DNA of 63,986 bases, filler included, from Lenisia limosa (taxonomy: Eukaryota; Protista; Breviatea), in the NCBI GenBank assembly GCA_001655205.1. It is 10 parts of 10 records of this genome, joined end to end, with 100 filler letters (N's around TTAATTAATTAA, not from the genome) between each part and the next. Parts side by side here need not be neighbours in the genome. Positions count along the whole stretch, not along the records: positions 27,152 to 55,065 come from LPNZ01008366.1; 9 more parts are not named here. One strand, given 5' to 3'. Made by a program: the position numbers and the translations under genes. The notes beneath the pieces are model-generated. The model worked only from the letters and a program-made list of their open reading frames with translations. It was not told the DNA's origin and made no database searches. This document shows positions 36,301 through 48,500 of this stretch, in pieces. Each line of letters begins with the position of its first letter. The stretch's first letter is position 1.

Positions 36301-39300
36301 TTGTTGAATTAGAGCACCCGCTTAAAGTCTTCGAGCAAGGCGTTTTGGCAACCCAAGAAAACCATTCTGATCTTGACCAAAACTTGCTATCCAATCTATG
36401 TGAAGCAGTCATTGAGATTTCAGCCAAGACCAAGCCAGTTTTTCTCTCAGCACGAAGTCTTGATCTCATTGCCACCAAGGAGATTGAATTTTCCGCCAGT
36501 CTTGCTGACCTGCATCCCCAAGTAATGAACTACTTAGAGAACTTGGAAAAGATCGAGGAATTAAAGACAAAACTCCCTACATTTCACGGAGCCCAGTTTT
36601 CAGTCCTTGCATGTCTCCATCAAATTGGCCAGTTTGGAATTGAAGCAAAAAGTCTTGATGTGAGCATCTTCGCTATGTATCTTGACTGTGGTGAGAGTGT
36701 CGAGATTCCCTGCCTCAATGAACCCACAAGGAGTCTGTTGAACGAGTATAATATAGCACTTCAAAAACCGCTTCTTCAAAAAGCATTAACCCTAACGTCA
36801 TTGTTCATGAAAGCACTGAATGTTTCTTTGAAATCCTTTGATGAAGGCACAATTATGGCAATGTATTCTGATAAATGGCACACGTTAGCCTACCACCAGG
36901 CAAGAACTAGGAATACACAAGCGAAATTGGCCGAAGAAAGTCGCAAAAAGCAAACAGCCAACTTGTCCGAGTTTGCTAGATGTGTCAATCATACATCTAA
37001 CCTCCTTGAAAACTGTTATGCATATTTTTCTGATAATTCTGAAAGGATCTTCGATGATCTTAGCAGTCATGAATTAGGTTCTTTTAAGGCTATGTTGAAC
37101 AAGTTTACGTGCATCAATGTTAGATCCGTTTTTGAAGAATCATCTCTTCCTCCAGACGCCCTGAAATTACAAAGAAAAGTGACTACAGCTGTTAACTTTT
37201 TGAAAGACATGCTGAACCAGCTAACTCACTGGGCAACGGCTCCGCTGCATTCAGACTGCGATGAAAATTCAGCAAATTGAGTTAACGAGTCTTGTGATTG
37301 TATCCGCAACGTATTTTCATCCCTGCCTGATCTAAACAACGCAGAAGCAGATGACATTCTACAGAATCTTTCTGTTCTTGTTGAGGAAATACGAAACCAT
37401 TCATTGGATAGCATAAGTCAACTAGACTTGTGCTGTACACAAATTCTCTTTTCTCAGGCAATGCTCCTCTTGCAACAATACAAGAGATCTTTCAACACGA
37501 AGGATAATGAGTATTTGACAAATCTTCAGGAACTTGCTGAAGCTTGTCAAAGCACACACCCACTCGAGGTATTTGTTGATGCCAGAGATTGTCAGGCAAG
37601 ATGGACAGTTCTGAAAAGGAAATCTACGCTGCAACTGGCCAACTTATCTCAACATCGAGACGTCCTTCTTATTGATAACGGATTCTCTAAAGAGCTCCAT
37701 GAAACATGGGAGTTGGTTCAAACAGACAAGGTTCAGCCTGCACCATTAAACCACGACAACACAAAAACGGCTGAGTATCTCCTTCTATCTGTCGCTTATG
37801 GACGCAGTATTGCCCAGATGATTGGTAATATCCCGCAGTCAAGCAGTATATGTGATGTGGCAATATCACCAACTTTGTCAGGCTTTGGTACTAAACTTTT
37901 TAAATGCCGTTTTGCCAAAATCGAAGACGCAGAAGCCCCAATGCGCCTGGAAATGATTGTTGCTGAAGGACTATCAGTTTTGGAGTTTTCCAAGATACCA
38001 TTCGGAGAACTTATTGAGTCTTTAAATAGTAACTCAGAAAACAAGTTGGATTGTATGGTAATTGCTGCTCTGAAGGAACAACTACTTTCCCTTCAACTTG
38101 AAGTGGTTATTTGTCAAATAGACCAATCATTAACTGAAAGGATTGGTGACGGTGATGGATTACTGAAATTAGACATTCTCTCAGTGTTCAAGTACATGAA
38201 ACACTACCTAATGAAGCTGTCTACTCATGGAATTCAATTTTCAGCACTTCATCAAATTGTCAGCGAATTTGTTAAAGATTCCAATGAAGTCTCTTCTTTG
38301 GAAGAAGTGGTGTCAATGATGTGCAAATATGAAGGTGCCATCTCACAGCAGTTCAACTTAGCTCTTGAGAATATTTCGAAGAACAAAGCTAGAAACCAAG
38401 CACTACTCAATGAATCTATGAGGGTTATTGAGGAATTGAACGACTGGGTTTTATCGATAAAAAAGTGTCAAGAATGGAACATGATACTTTACCAATCACT
38501 GCGTTACAAATTGGAAGGAACAATTACCAATTTTAAAAAAGATCTCAATTACAAGCTTCAAGATGCCACAGAGAAATATCAACTTCGACAAGAAAAGAAG
38601 AACAAAGAATACCAAGATAATAATGAAGCTTATGGTGATTGCCTGCAGGGATATAAGGAAGATTTGGAGACATATGCCCTTGAAAGTGAATTAAGATATC
38701 CCGCTGTCCGAGAAAAACTTGTCAATGTGGCACGTTGTCTCAGAAAGCATGATGTTCATATTGCACCTCTATTTAAGACATTAAGTCGAGTCACATTTAG
38801 GTTTACATCCTACAATGACTATTCCAACCCTAAAGCAAGCTTCAGATTTTTTAGAAATAATGAAGAGCTGCAATTCAAATTAGAGAAGCAGTCAACAGGA
38901 TTCAATTGGACCACAGTCAAATCGAAGTGGTCATCTCTCACCGGTTCAAAAACACAATACAATATTAATTTTGTTTTGAATCTTGGTGTTATTGGCTATG
39001 AAGTTGCAGAGTCACAAATTAGGCTTTCAATGAGAATTGATGGGTCTGACTATGAGATTTATCCAATTCAACTTGATTTGACGAAAAAGTACCATGTTGT
39101 TTTCGATAATGATGATAGTATGAAGATGACATATGAGAGTCATGAATTCATCTATCAAACAACAGTTGACAGCTTCAACCAAGGACATAACCGCACCACC
39201 TCCAATCTTCAGGAACTGTACAGAAAGGTTCAAGCGCTCAAAAAACCACGACCTCCCAAAGAAGAGCAGTTTGACTATAACGGGGACCTGACACACATTA

Positions 39301-42300
39301 AGTACTGCCAAAAACGCCTCCAGAAGTGTACAGAAGATTTCCCCCAAAGTGGAATTGAGCTGGAACAACATTTTGCAAGCAGCAGAACAATTAATAGAAG
39401 AGTTGGCAACTTTATACAATGCTATTTCTGCTGGAAGAGGGGCTTTTAACTTGGTGGAAAGCTCCATCGAAGAGCTATTGATTTTACTGAGACAGTCCTG
39501 TGTTGAAATTATCCGGAAAGAACAGGTACCTCATGATGACCTGAAAGTTAATAATGCTAGACATTACATTGATGAATTAACTACCTCATTTGCAAGACAA
39601 CTTCTCAAATACATTTGCAATGTAATTCATGTAGATCCTTCATCAAAACTAGATAAAAGGAACACCTTTTCAGGCTTCCTCTTGCATCTCGAAGTGAATT
39701 TGAAAAGCTATTCGGAATGTCAAGAAGGTCCACGATTCTACAAGAGATCATTCAAAGGCGCTTCCATCAAAGCACAGGGTCTCAAATCAGTAATGTTCGC
39801 TGTGCTGAGCTTCGACAACTTTTATCATCTGCCCACGATCCAAAGAAATATCTTCACACCCTGACTACTTCCATACAACAAACTCTTTCCCAAGTTCCAC
39901 CTCAACGATGTATTAAAGGTCCTCGGCTCTTGAACTCTTTACAAGGAACACAAAATGTGTGTAGGAAGAACTTGGTTGTTGAAGTTGATACTGGAAACGA
40001 CGAAGGCTTGCAGTTGGGCTTAGTGGAGTTCGGATGGGTACTCACAAATAGTTCTCGAGGATCAACAGCATCTATTGACTTCTTGAACACGGATGTTACT
40101 GCGTTGAACATCAAGCTTGAGTCCTCTTCTGAAAACTCGTCAGTCTCCTTTAGTCATAAGGCCTTTTTCTTAACTGAAGATAAGAAGACTGTGGATGTCT
40201 GCTACCGAACAAACTCAGACTCGCTTCCTGGTAAATGTGTCTCTTATATCACTGTCTATGTCAATAACGAGGCAGCAGGACTCATCGAATGCTCCGCTTA
40301 TCATGAGTCATTGACATTGTTGACACCCCCTCAAGTTGACCTTGGTGTTCCCCAAGAAGGAAAAACTCTCACTTCTGAGCTGATTGTCGAGAACAAGACT
40401 CACTTACCTGCTCTCGTAGTACTGTCTTGCAATTATTCAAATATGGTGAAGTATACCCACGCCCATTCCAGTATTGCTGCGTTGTCAAAGTCGGCGTTCG
40501 AGTTCCAAATCAACGTTCAACGCCTTCTCAACATGGCCAAAAGAGATCCAGTTCAACTAAGGCTCTACACTTCAAGCGACAGCTTCATTCCTTTCCATTG
40601 AAATGGAAGACGGAGATACTTGACGTGAAAATCTGGTTCAGAACTCACTCTATGAAAGAAGGTGTACTTCTTGCTTCAATCACAGAAAGAGTTTGCGGAA
40701 AATTATTCGTTAAAAAGAATATACCACACCAATCTTGTTTCCCATTCCGCCCAGATGTACCTGATCGAGGTATCATTCTCTATGCCACCAACATTGGCAA
40801 TGTGACATTGGACTTGGAGGTCAAATTCCAGAAGAAGATAATAAGCTGTCATTCAATTCCAGGTGAAACGGTTCAACATCGTATCAATGCTGGATCAGTG
40901 TCATCTTATGCAGTTTTTACAATTCAAACGAAGGAGGGTGGACGCTGTTCCAGTGTTCAGTCAACTTCAGTGGGCTTCAAGCGCAGCTCAATGACATTTG
41001 GAATGACAAATAACACTTCCACGAAAAAATTGTATTTTTTTCTCAGTGGTTGCTCAGGCAATTTGGACTCCATTGTTACTACTTCCGGTGCAGGAACAAA
41101 CATTGGCAAGTACATCAATATGTTTTCCACAATCAAAGCGGACTATCATAGCAAGTTGGTGACACCATGCCAGGAGGGCCTCATGCATTTTACCTTCGTA
41201 ACAAAAGAAATTCCTTCAAATGCCACAGCTAGTTCGGTTGTAAAAGAATATCAACCAGTAAGCAAGGGGCAGCCCTTTACACTCTTCGTCCAACTTCCCC
41301 CAAAAGGTAAAGAGGAGTTGTACACCAGTGTTAGAAATATTGGCAAGGCCAGAGCTTCCTTGAAATTCTCTGAATTTAGTTTGAATGCTTTGGTATCAAA
41401 CAATGACAAGGCCTCATGCACTTGTAAATGGTTGGAGACACCACATTCGTTGAAAGCAAATAGCGAGGATAGCGTCATTCGATTATCAGTGAATTCATCA
41501 GCGGTGTGCCAGACAGGTGACATATTTACTTTCACTGCTTCAATGACATCAAGCAATGGGTACGTTACTGGTTTGTATGTAGTTGTGTTCATTAATGAGG
41601 AGACCAATACGGAGACCACTTTCCCTTTCTTTTGCAAACCAGAAAATTTTATCAACTACGACACTCCACCTGCATTAGAGCACACCTTGGCTCGTGATGA
41701 CTACAAAGGAACGTTCTCTACACTCAATGGTCTCTATGGTGAACAGACTGGATTTTTAAGCTCCTTTGAAGGTAATTGCCGTCTTCTCATTGCGGGAAGG
41801 GATCAAAATGCGTTGAACTCACGACTCTTGGCAATAACGGGCCTTCCAGTACAGGCGCTATTTGATGATGGTGAAGAAATCAACCCAAGTCACATTGATT
41901 TTGTTAAGCATGTTTTCAAAATGATCAAAGCCATCACAAAGTACCCTGTGCTTCTTGAAGGTCTTAAAGAAAAGCACCATGCTCTCTCTGACAAAGTTAG
42001 ACTGGTTAATGATCTTCCTGCAATCACCTCAGAGACACTTCTCAACTGGGGATCCAATAAAGAGGACCTTGCTGCTATTATCGTACTTGCTGCCCATTGT
42101 CTTGCTGAAGTTTCGGAAGTCATTATCTCAATGCCAGCAGAAACAGCAACAGATTGTGGCCTATTTAAGTATAGTATCTTTAACATCCATGATATTGAAA
42201 AGGTCGATATTTATACCCAGCCAGAGAAAGTGATAATGGAGGAGTTTAAATTGGATCACAAAACAGATCATTTCAGATCAATGAAGGATGAGACCTCTCC

Positions 42301-45279
42301 TTCCGAAATCCCTTCTCACGATCATGATGAAGCTGGTGGTAACCATCACACAGCCGACGGTGATGAAGATGAGGCTTTTCAAGACGAAATGAGCAAAGCA
42401 ATGGAAGCAATGGAAGCAATTCATGTTGTCAAATGTCTCCCCAACAAAGACGATTCTGAGGCTTACACTACTTTCTTTTCTGTTATCCAAGAGCATGTAT
42501 CTGTGATCCGCTCTAGTTTATCCTGTCTAATTAGCCTCTCCGCCAAGCTTAACGTTACTCAAGTCCAGTGTTTCTACCAGCAAATTCTGCAAAAATCGAC
42601 AAAGATGATCGATTTAGTCAATCTTCTCGAAAAGTTCCAGCCTTGTCATGATCCGTTGATAGTTTCAAGACTTGCTTATCACCAGAATCTTCTTGACAAC
42701 TGCCGCCTAATTCAGAGGCAACTCGCAATGATAGATGGTAACTTGAATATTGCTCCAAATAAAGAATCGTACAAAAACGCTCCTTTTGCTATACGTGATG
42801 AGAACGGCGAAATTAATACTGAATACACTGATCGCAATATTGCAGAACAGATCATTCAAGATGAAGAAATGGTAGACACTATCGCCTCTTACACCTATGA
42901 AGAAAATGCACCTGAAGTTCATGATACCTTCAACACCACCACCATGGCAGCCTTTATGTTTGATGATAAGGATATTGGTGGATATTTATCAGGTCTAACT
43001 GATGCTACAGTTGAAGATATTAAGGAGACTACAAGCATGGTACATCATGTTCACAGAGTGAGTCATTCTACCGTGATCAGCGACTTTGTTCCTACCAAAA
43101 AAGCAATGGATCCCATCGGAGATCTATCAAAAATCACAATTTCTCTTGCTGACTTCAAAGCCGACCCCAAGGCCCCATCAAGACGCCATCGTGAAGAAGA
43201 CGATGATGAAGTTGAAATGGTCAAGACAACAATCACAGCGGAAGTTCTTGAGAGTCTTCTTGCATCGGGAACATCATTTCATGGCGGCATTCTAAGGTCC
43301 ATCGCGGTTGACCCAAGGGTTGGAGACACAAAGCCGCCCGACAACATTGAACCCGACCGAACCACTATGCCGTTCTCAAAACTGACAAAGAGCCTCTTTG
43401 CAGCATCACTTGACCTATCCAACAAGGTCTACAATACCTTCCAGTCTGTGCAAATGAAGACAAAAGTCGATGTGGCCCATGAGGTTGTGATGGCTATTGA
43501 CGGAAGTCTTTCGAACCAGGTAAACATGCCGTCAGTTCAAAGAGCACTCTGCACGTTACTACAAACATTTAAAATGTGCGAGGAAGTTCGCTTTGGAATT
43601 GTAAAGTTTGCTCAAAAGTCAACAGTTCTCAAAGGACTCAATACGGGACTCTACGGACAGTTTGTTCTTGAGAGTCTCTCACGACCCGAAGTGATGTCTA
43701 AACCTGTCACGTGCCTTAGAGACATCTCAATTGACAATAATCTCTTTGGCGCCCCGAAAACCTGTCCTCGTATCCAGTTGATGATAACTGACGGGCTTTT
43801 AGAGGAGCGCAATAAGGCGGAATGGAATCTATATAGTAACAACAGCAAGGCCCTCCTTGCCGTTATTTGTATTGTTCCACCTGAAGGCCACCCAAACTAC
43901 AGGGACCATGTTAAGGAAGCACAAGAGCTACTCAATGATGTAGCACCCGAACAGTATATCATCATTCCAGGGAACAAGATTTCTGATTTGCCAATACTCA
44001 AATTGTATCCGGCCTGTCTAAAACACCAGCTCCAACTTTTATAATACCTTCTGAGGTTCTTAAGTTCCGCCATGATGATCGTCATGACACTGAAGTGTAC
44101 TCCTCGCAACAAGACAATGACGGTGGATACGATGAGGAGATTCAGCCTTCACTGACTAGAGGAAAGGAGAAACTTCGTATCAATATTGCCCAGGTCATGG
44201 AAGTTCTTTCTGATGTATGCAATGGATCAGGGAACGGAAAATTACCCAACACGGAGTTGAAGAGGTCGAAGAAGAAGGTCAGAATTGTTGAAAACGGCAA
44301 GACTGTCACAGAAGATGACATTCTGAATTCAATCAAGAAGTCAAGCTTCTACAATGAGATTTTCAAGGAGAGTGAAAAGATTGAAGTTTGTCTCCAAGCC
44401 TCAAGACGCCAGGGCGCTGGTCCTGGCTCTCTGGATTTAGTCATAATGCTGGACCAAACAGGATCAATGCATGCTTTAAGCAGCCAGTGGAAGCTCAAAA
44501 TCAAGTCATTTGTCCAAGAAATCAACGAATTGAACAAAAAGTCAGGAATCTCTAGCTTCAGGTTTGGTGACCAGTTGTTTCTCATACCATTTGTTCTTTA
44601 AGTATTCCCATCTAACGAAACAGAATTGGAATTGTGGCCTATAGAGATGTTGATTTGCCTCTCAATAAGCAAGTAGAGACTCTCAATTTTGTTGACGCAA
44701 CAAATACTGCTCAACTGGAAGCTTTCCTTGCCCAGTCTCTTGTGGATGGCGGAAGTGATGGATGTAAGTCTGGACTTGAATATTCCGACGACCCGAAGAT
44801 TGATTAAAGACATCTCATTTTATACAATACTATTTTTATAATATCAAAAAACACATTTATGACGATCTCACTTCATAGGTGAAGACGTACAAGGTGGTTT
44901 GAATGCAGCATTGAGCATGAAGTGGATTGCCAGCTACAGATGCTGTGTTCTCATATGTGACTGTCCTGGTCATGGCAAGTTCTGTAATCCCACGGGGTGG
45001 AGTGATTACTATCCCTCTGGAATTCCAGGAAGACCAACGATGGAGACTCTTATCCAAAAAATGAAGACCAATCACGTGAACTTCATTGGCATTCCTCTTC
45101 ATTCCATTTCACACCACATGTTTAACAAAATCAAGGCCACTTACGAGAGCTATGAGCCAAAGAAGTCACCTCTTGGCGCTGACTTAACAGCAGTCATACA
45201 CCCAACGTCAATCGAAAAGCTCGATTTTGTTGAGAAGGTGCAATCAGAGCTGGTGGCCCAGTTGAAGACGCTTGGATAG
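27395..45279 (+). pseudogene. Giant midasin-like multi-AAA+ / Ig-like / double-vWA protein gene (~5,900 aa visible); disrupted as assembled, 5' end missing
   Basis: Seven consecutive ORF blocks continue one protein. Walker A or degenerate equivalents at ~28140 (SASESCGKN), 28979 (GPPSSGKT), 29852 (GPTSYKK), 31322 (GPPGTGKS), 32309 (GPPTAGIT), with GP-L..A...G..LLDE and HP.FR.F motifs; the tail of one more module at 27395-27600. vWA1 AIDGSLS...MITDG (~43480-43800); vWA2 MLDQTGSM...IGIVAYRD...GGSDGCEDVQGGL...ICDCPGHG. Clear introns only at 44562-44623 and 44764-44878. In-frame TGA at 37278; frameshifts near 33450, 39342, 39655, 40590, 44000. Confidence 0.8.
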
Positions 45280-45512
45280 GGTTTTCCTATTAGTATATAT
45301 TTTTGTTCTCTAGTTGTGTCATATTTTATCTCAAGAAAATGTACCTTACTCTAAAAAAGACTGAGAAACAACTCCATATGAGTATACAATATGACTATAT
45401 GGCACCCATACCCTACCATCATTTGAAAGAAATATATGAACAAGAAGAAATTAGTCATTTCCAATCTAAAAGAGAGCATCCATTTATACCATTCAAAATC
45501 AGTTACTGCGCT

Positions 45513-48500
45513 CTAATACGCCCTGAACCATCCATGAGACTTCTGACCGACCTCAATGCCTTTAGGGCTTTTCAGGAGGCGGAATATGTCCATGAAGAAT
45601 TTGTCATTATCGATCACCATCTAAAAATGATCATCACATCTAAATGTAAGCGTTGTTTTCAATAACTATTGTATGATATGGTAGAATGATATAATAGACT
45701 TTAATACTATGTAGTATATACTATATCGATATATTATAATAAAATCATAGTATATCATATAAATATATATCAATATATAATACCCTCTCCCCCGCTCCAT
45801 TTTTGTAGAATGTTTTAATTCTTCTTCCACTCATACCCTCCTGCAATCCGGGGAATAGTTAACTTCCAATACAACCGGATCTGATGTTGCACCAGAGAGA
45901 TCGAACATCACATCAACACCATAAATAGCGCGGCTGAGTGATGACATAAATACATCATATGATATGATAACAAAAGTAAGTAAGCAAATAATCTTCAAAA
46001 AAATAAACACCACGATACAGCATTTTGTGATAGACCTCGCCAACGAGTTTGCTTGGAGAGTTGCACTTGGTGGAGTGAACAGGCGATTCGATTCCGTTTC
46101 TTCAATCACACCACCTTGGAGGAAGCCTGAGAGCACTGCTCGAGTTGATGCTTCATAAACGGCGTTCACTGCTGAAGTATTCGGACACCTAACTTCCGAA
46201 CTGATCCGAAGTGAAAACTTAGGAAGCTAGAACATACAATGTGACAGGGAATCATGACACAAATAAGAAAAAGTTGGTTGAAAGAGCACAATAATAAACT
46301 AACTTGAGGAACCTTCTAAAGCTATCTCCCTCAAATTCAGGGATCACATAGTCCACGACCTCGTCATCTCTACCAAGGAACATGGCCTGTAAGGTCACCG
46401 GGTACAAGAAATTTGATTTGTACGGAAGTATGCAATTCTGTGAGAGCAAACCGTCTGGTGAATTTCATAATCATTGAGAGAGGAAAGGTCAATAGTGTAC
46501 TTCTTACTCGCAACTCTTGGAAAGAGCTCTAAATACATCATTTAAAAAATGTAACAAAGTCACCATCATTCGAAACGCTTTTTCCAAGAAAAACGATACA
46601 AGGTGATAATCTCAACTGACTGGTAGTAAACATGTGACATGTGACACGTGACACATATTGCATACTATAACCTGTCTGTTAGCATGTGATATACTTCACC
46701 TGAAAACCAAGTAACGTACTCGGATACACATAAACCTCGGGTTCGGAAAGAGTTTCGTTGGGTCGAACCGCTACCATGACACGGATATCGATCTTGTGTC
46801 CCTCATAAAGCAGTGGAGACATGATGTCTGTAGTGTGACTTGATATCAATCAAGAAAAGCGTTACTATTTGGAAAAGAAACTAAATAGGGGAAGTAAGGT
46901 CCCCATTCCTCGAAATACAAATGGAGAAAAAAAACACGAGCTGACATTTGCAAGCGATTTTAGGAGAGCCAAGACTGAGGAACGCCATGTCATCCTTCCT
47001 TGAAGTCACCCATAACCCTGCTGACCTCGAGGCACTGTATGGTTTCACCATCATAAGGCCTAATGGTTAAGATACTAACATACAGTATATATTTAAGATG
47101 AACCGTCTGGACAATAGGTGAATTGAATCACTTCAAAATATAATCTCCAGAACAAAAACTGTTTATGATGAACAAAAAAACCATGGATAAGCCAACCATT
47201 ATGTTGATCCATGAAGTCAAGAGCCAGGTCTAATTGCGATGTTAAATCAAAGGTCTCCGCGAGCCTGAGAGATTAACAGAAGGCTAAGCAATTGGCAACT
47301 TGCCTTGAGCAAAAAATGAAACTAAAACTACCCTCCAATTCAAATTCACGTGGCATACCAGGGAACTGTGCCGAAAACATGCTGTACTCTCCTAAAATGT
47401 AAAAAATCATGAAAGACCTTATTCTCATCGAAACGAGATAAATTAGATGTGTAAAGCAAATAATTTTGAGAGAGTCAACAAGTAGCAAACCTAAAGAACA
47501 GATCCTTGACTGTAAAGCAGTTCTCCCCGGGGAAATAATTCATGAGACAGTTCTACAAGTTTAGTGGTTTGGACCTCAACGCCACTTGAATACCTCCTTG
47601 AAAGCGGCTGGTCTCAATTTTGTCGATGTGTACACAAAGTCAGCCTCATCACGATCAGAAGTCTGGATGGTGATGAGGATGATTATACTGATTATGGTGA
47701 TAATGATGATGATGATGATGGTGGTGGTGATGATGATGATGATGTGGGGGGAGGGGGAGGCTCTCATTACCCCTTAAACAAAGTTGATTTGTGTTTGCTT
47801 TTTCCTCATAATTTCTAATTTTTAACTCTTTCTCTCCCCACCNNNNNNNNNNNNNNNNNNNNNNNNNNNNNNNNNNNNNNNNNNNNNNNNNNNNNNNNNN
47901 NNNNNNNNNNNNNNNNNNNNNNNNNNNNNNNNNNNNNNNNNNNNNNNNNNTCGTGCTATGATAATGAATGAAGTTTCACTCCAATGATGAAACAAGTTAT
48001 TGTGGACCCCAACCCACAACAGCGAAATCCTCGGCGCCTTCCAGGGCAGACTTCACCAGGTCAAGGTCAGTATAAACCTTGCAGACCCCAGCCTTCCTCT
48101 TCCTCCTTTTTCTCTCGGCTTGAATTGGCTCTTTTCCGCTTCGGAAGAACTCCAGGTTCAGCTCATCAAAGTTCCGACTCTCTTTTGAGCCCGGCAGCGA
48201 AGTGGTTAAGGAACTCAGGCTGATTTCTGGGGGGGGGGGGTTGGAAAAANNNNNNNNNNNNNNNNNNNNNNNNNNNNNNNNNNNNNNNNNNNNNNNNNNN
48301 NNNNNNNNNNNNNNNNNNNNNNNNNNNNNNNNNNNNNNNNNNNNNNNNNNNNNNNNNNNNNNNNNNNNNNNNNNNNNNNNNNNNNNNNNNGTAAACGAAA
48401 GGGCCATCTGCGCTGCTGCTTTTTGAAGTGGATCCTATGAAAATGAAAATTGACTTTTGCCAGACAAGTCAAGTCATATTAGAATGTTATTTTTTATCAA

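Noticed and set aside
37278-37280. Selenocysteine or programmed readthrough at the in-frame TGA
   Set aside because: No redox motif, no UGA-CUAG context and no SECIS recognised; the coexisting frameshifts favour mutation or error.
33447-44005. A single programmed ribosomal frameshift mechanism
   Set aside because: Shifts go in both directions with no shared slippery heptamer or obvious stimulator.
27395-45279. Calling the giant gene MDN1/REA1
   Set aside because: Several AAA modules are degenerate, extra Ig-like and second vWA domains are present, and the frame is broken, which is unlikely for an essential gene unless these are assembly errors.
45303-45665. Plus-strand 120-aa ORF after the giant gene
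   Set aside because: Antisense to the last TTLL12 exon and AT-rich 3' regions; TTG start.
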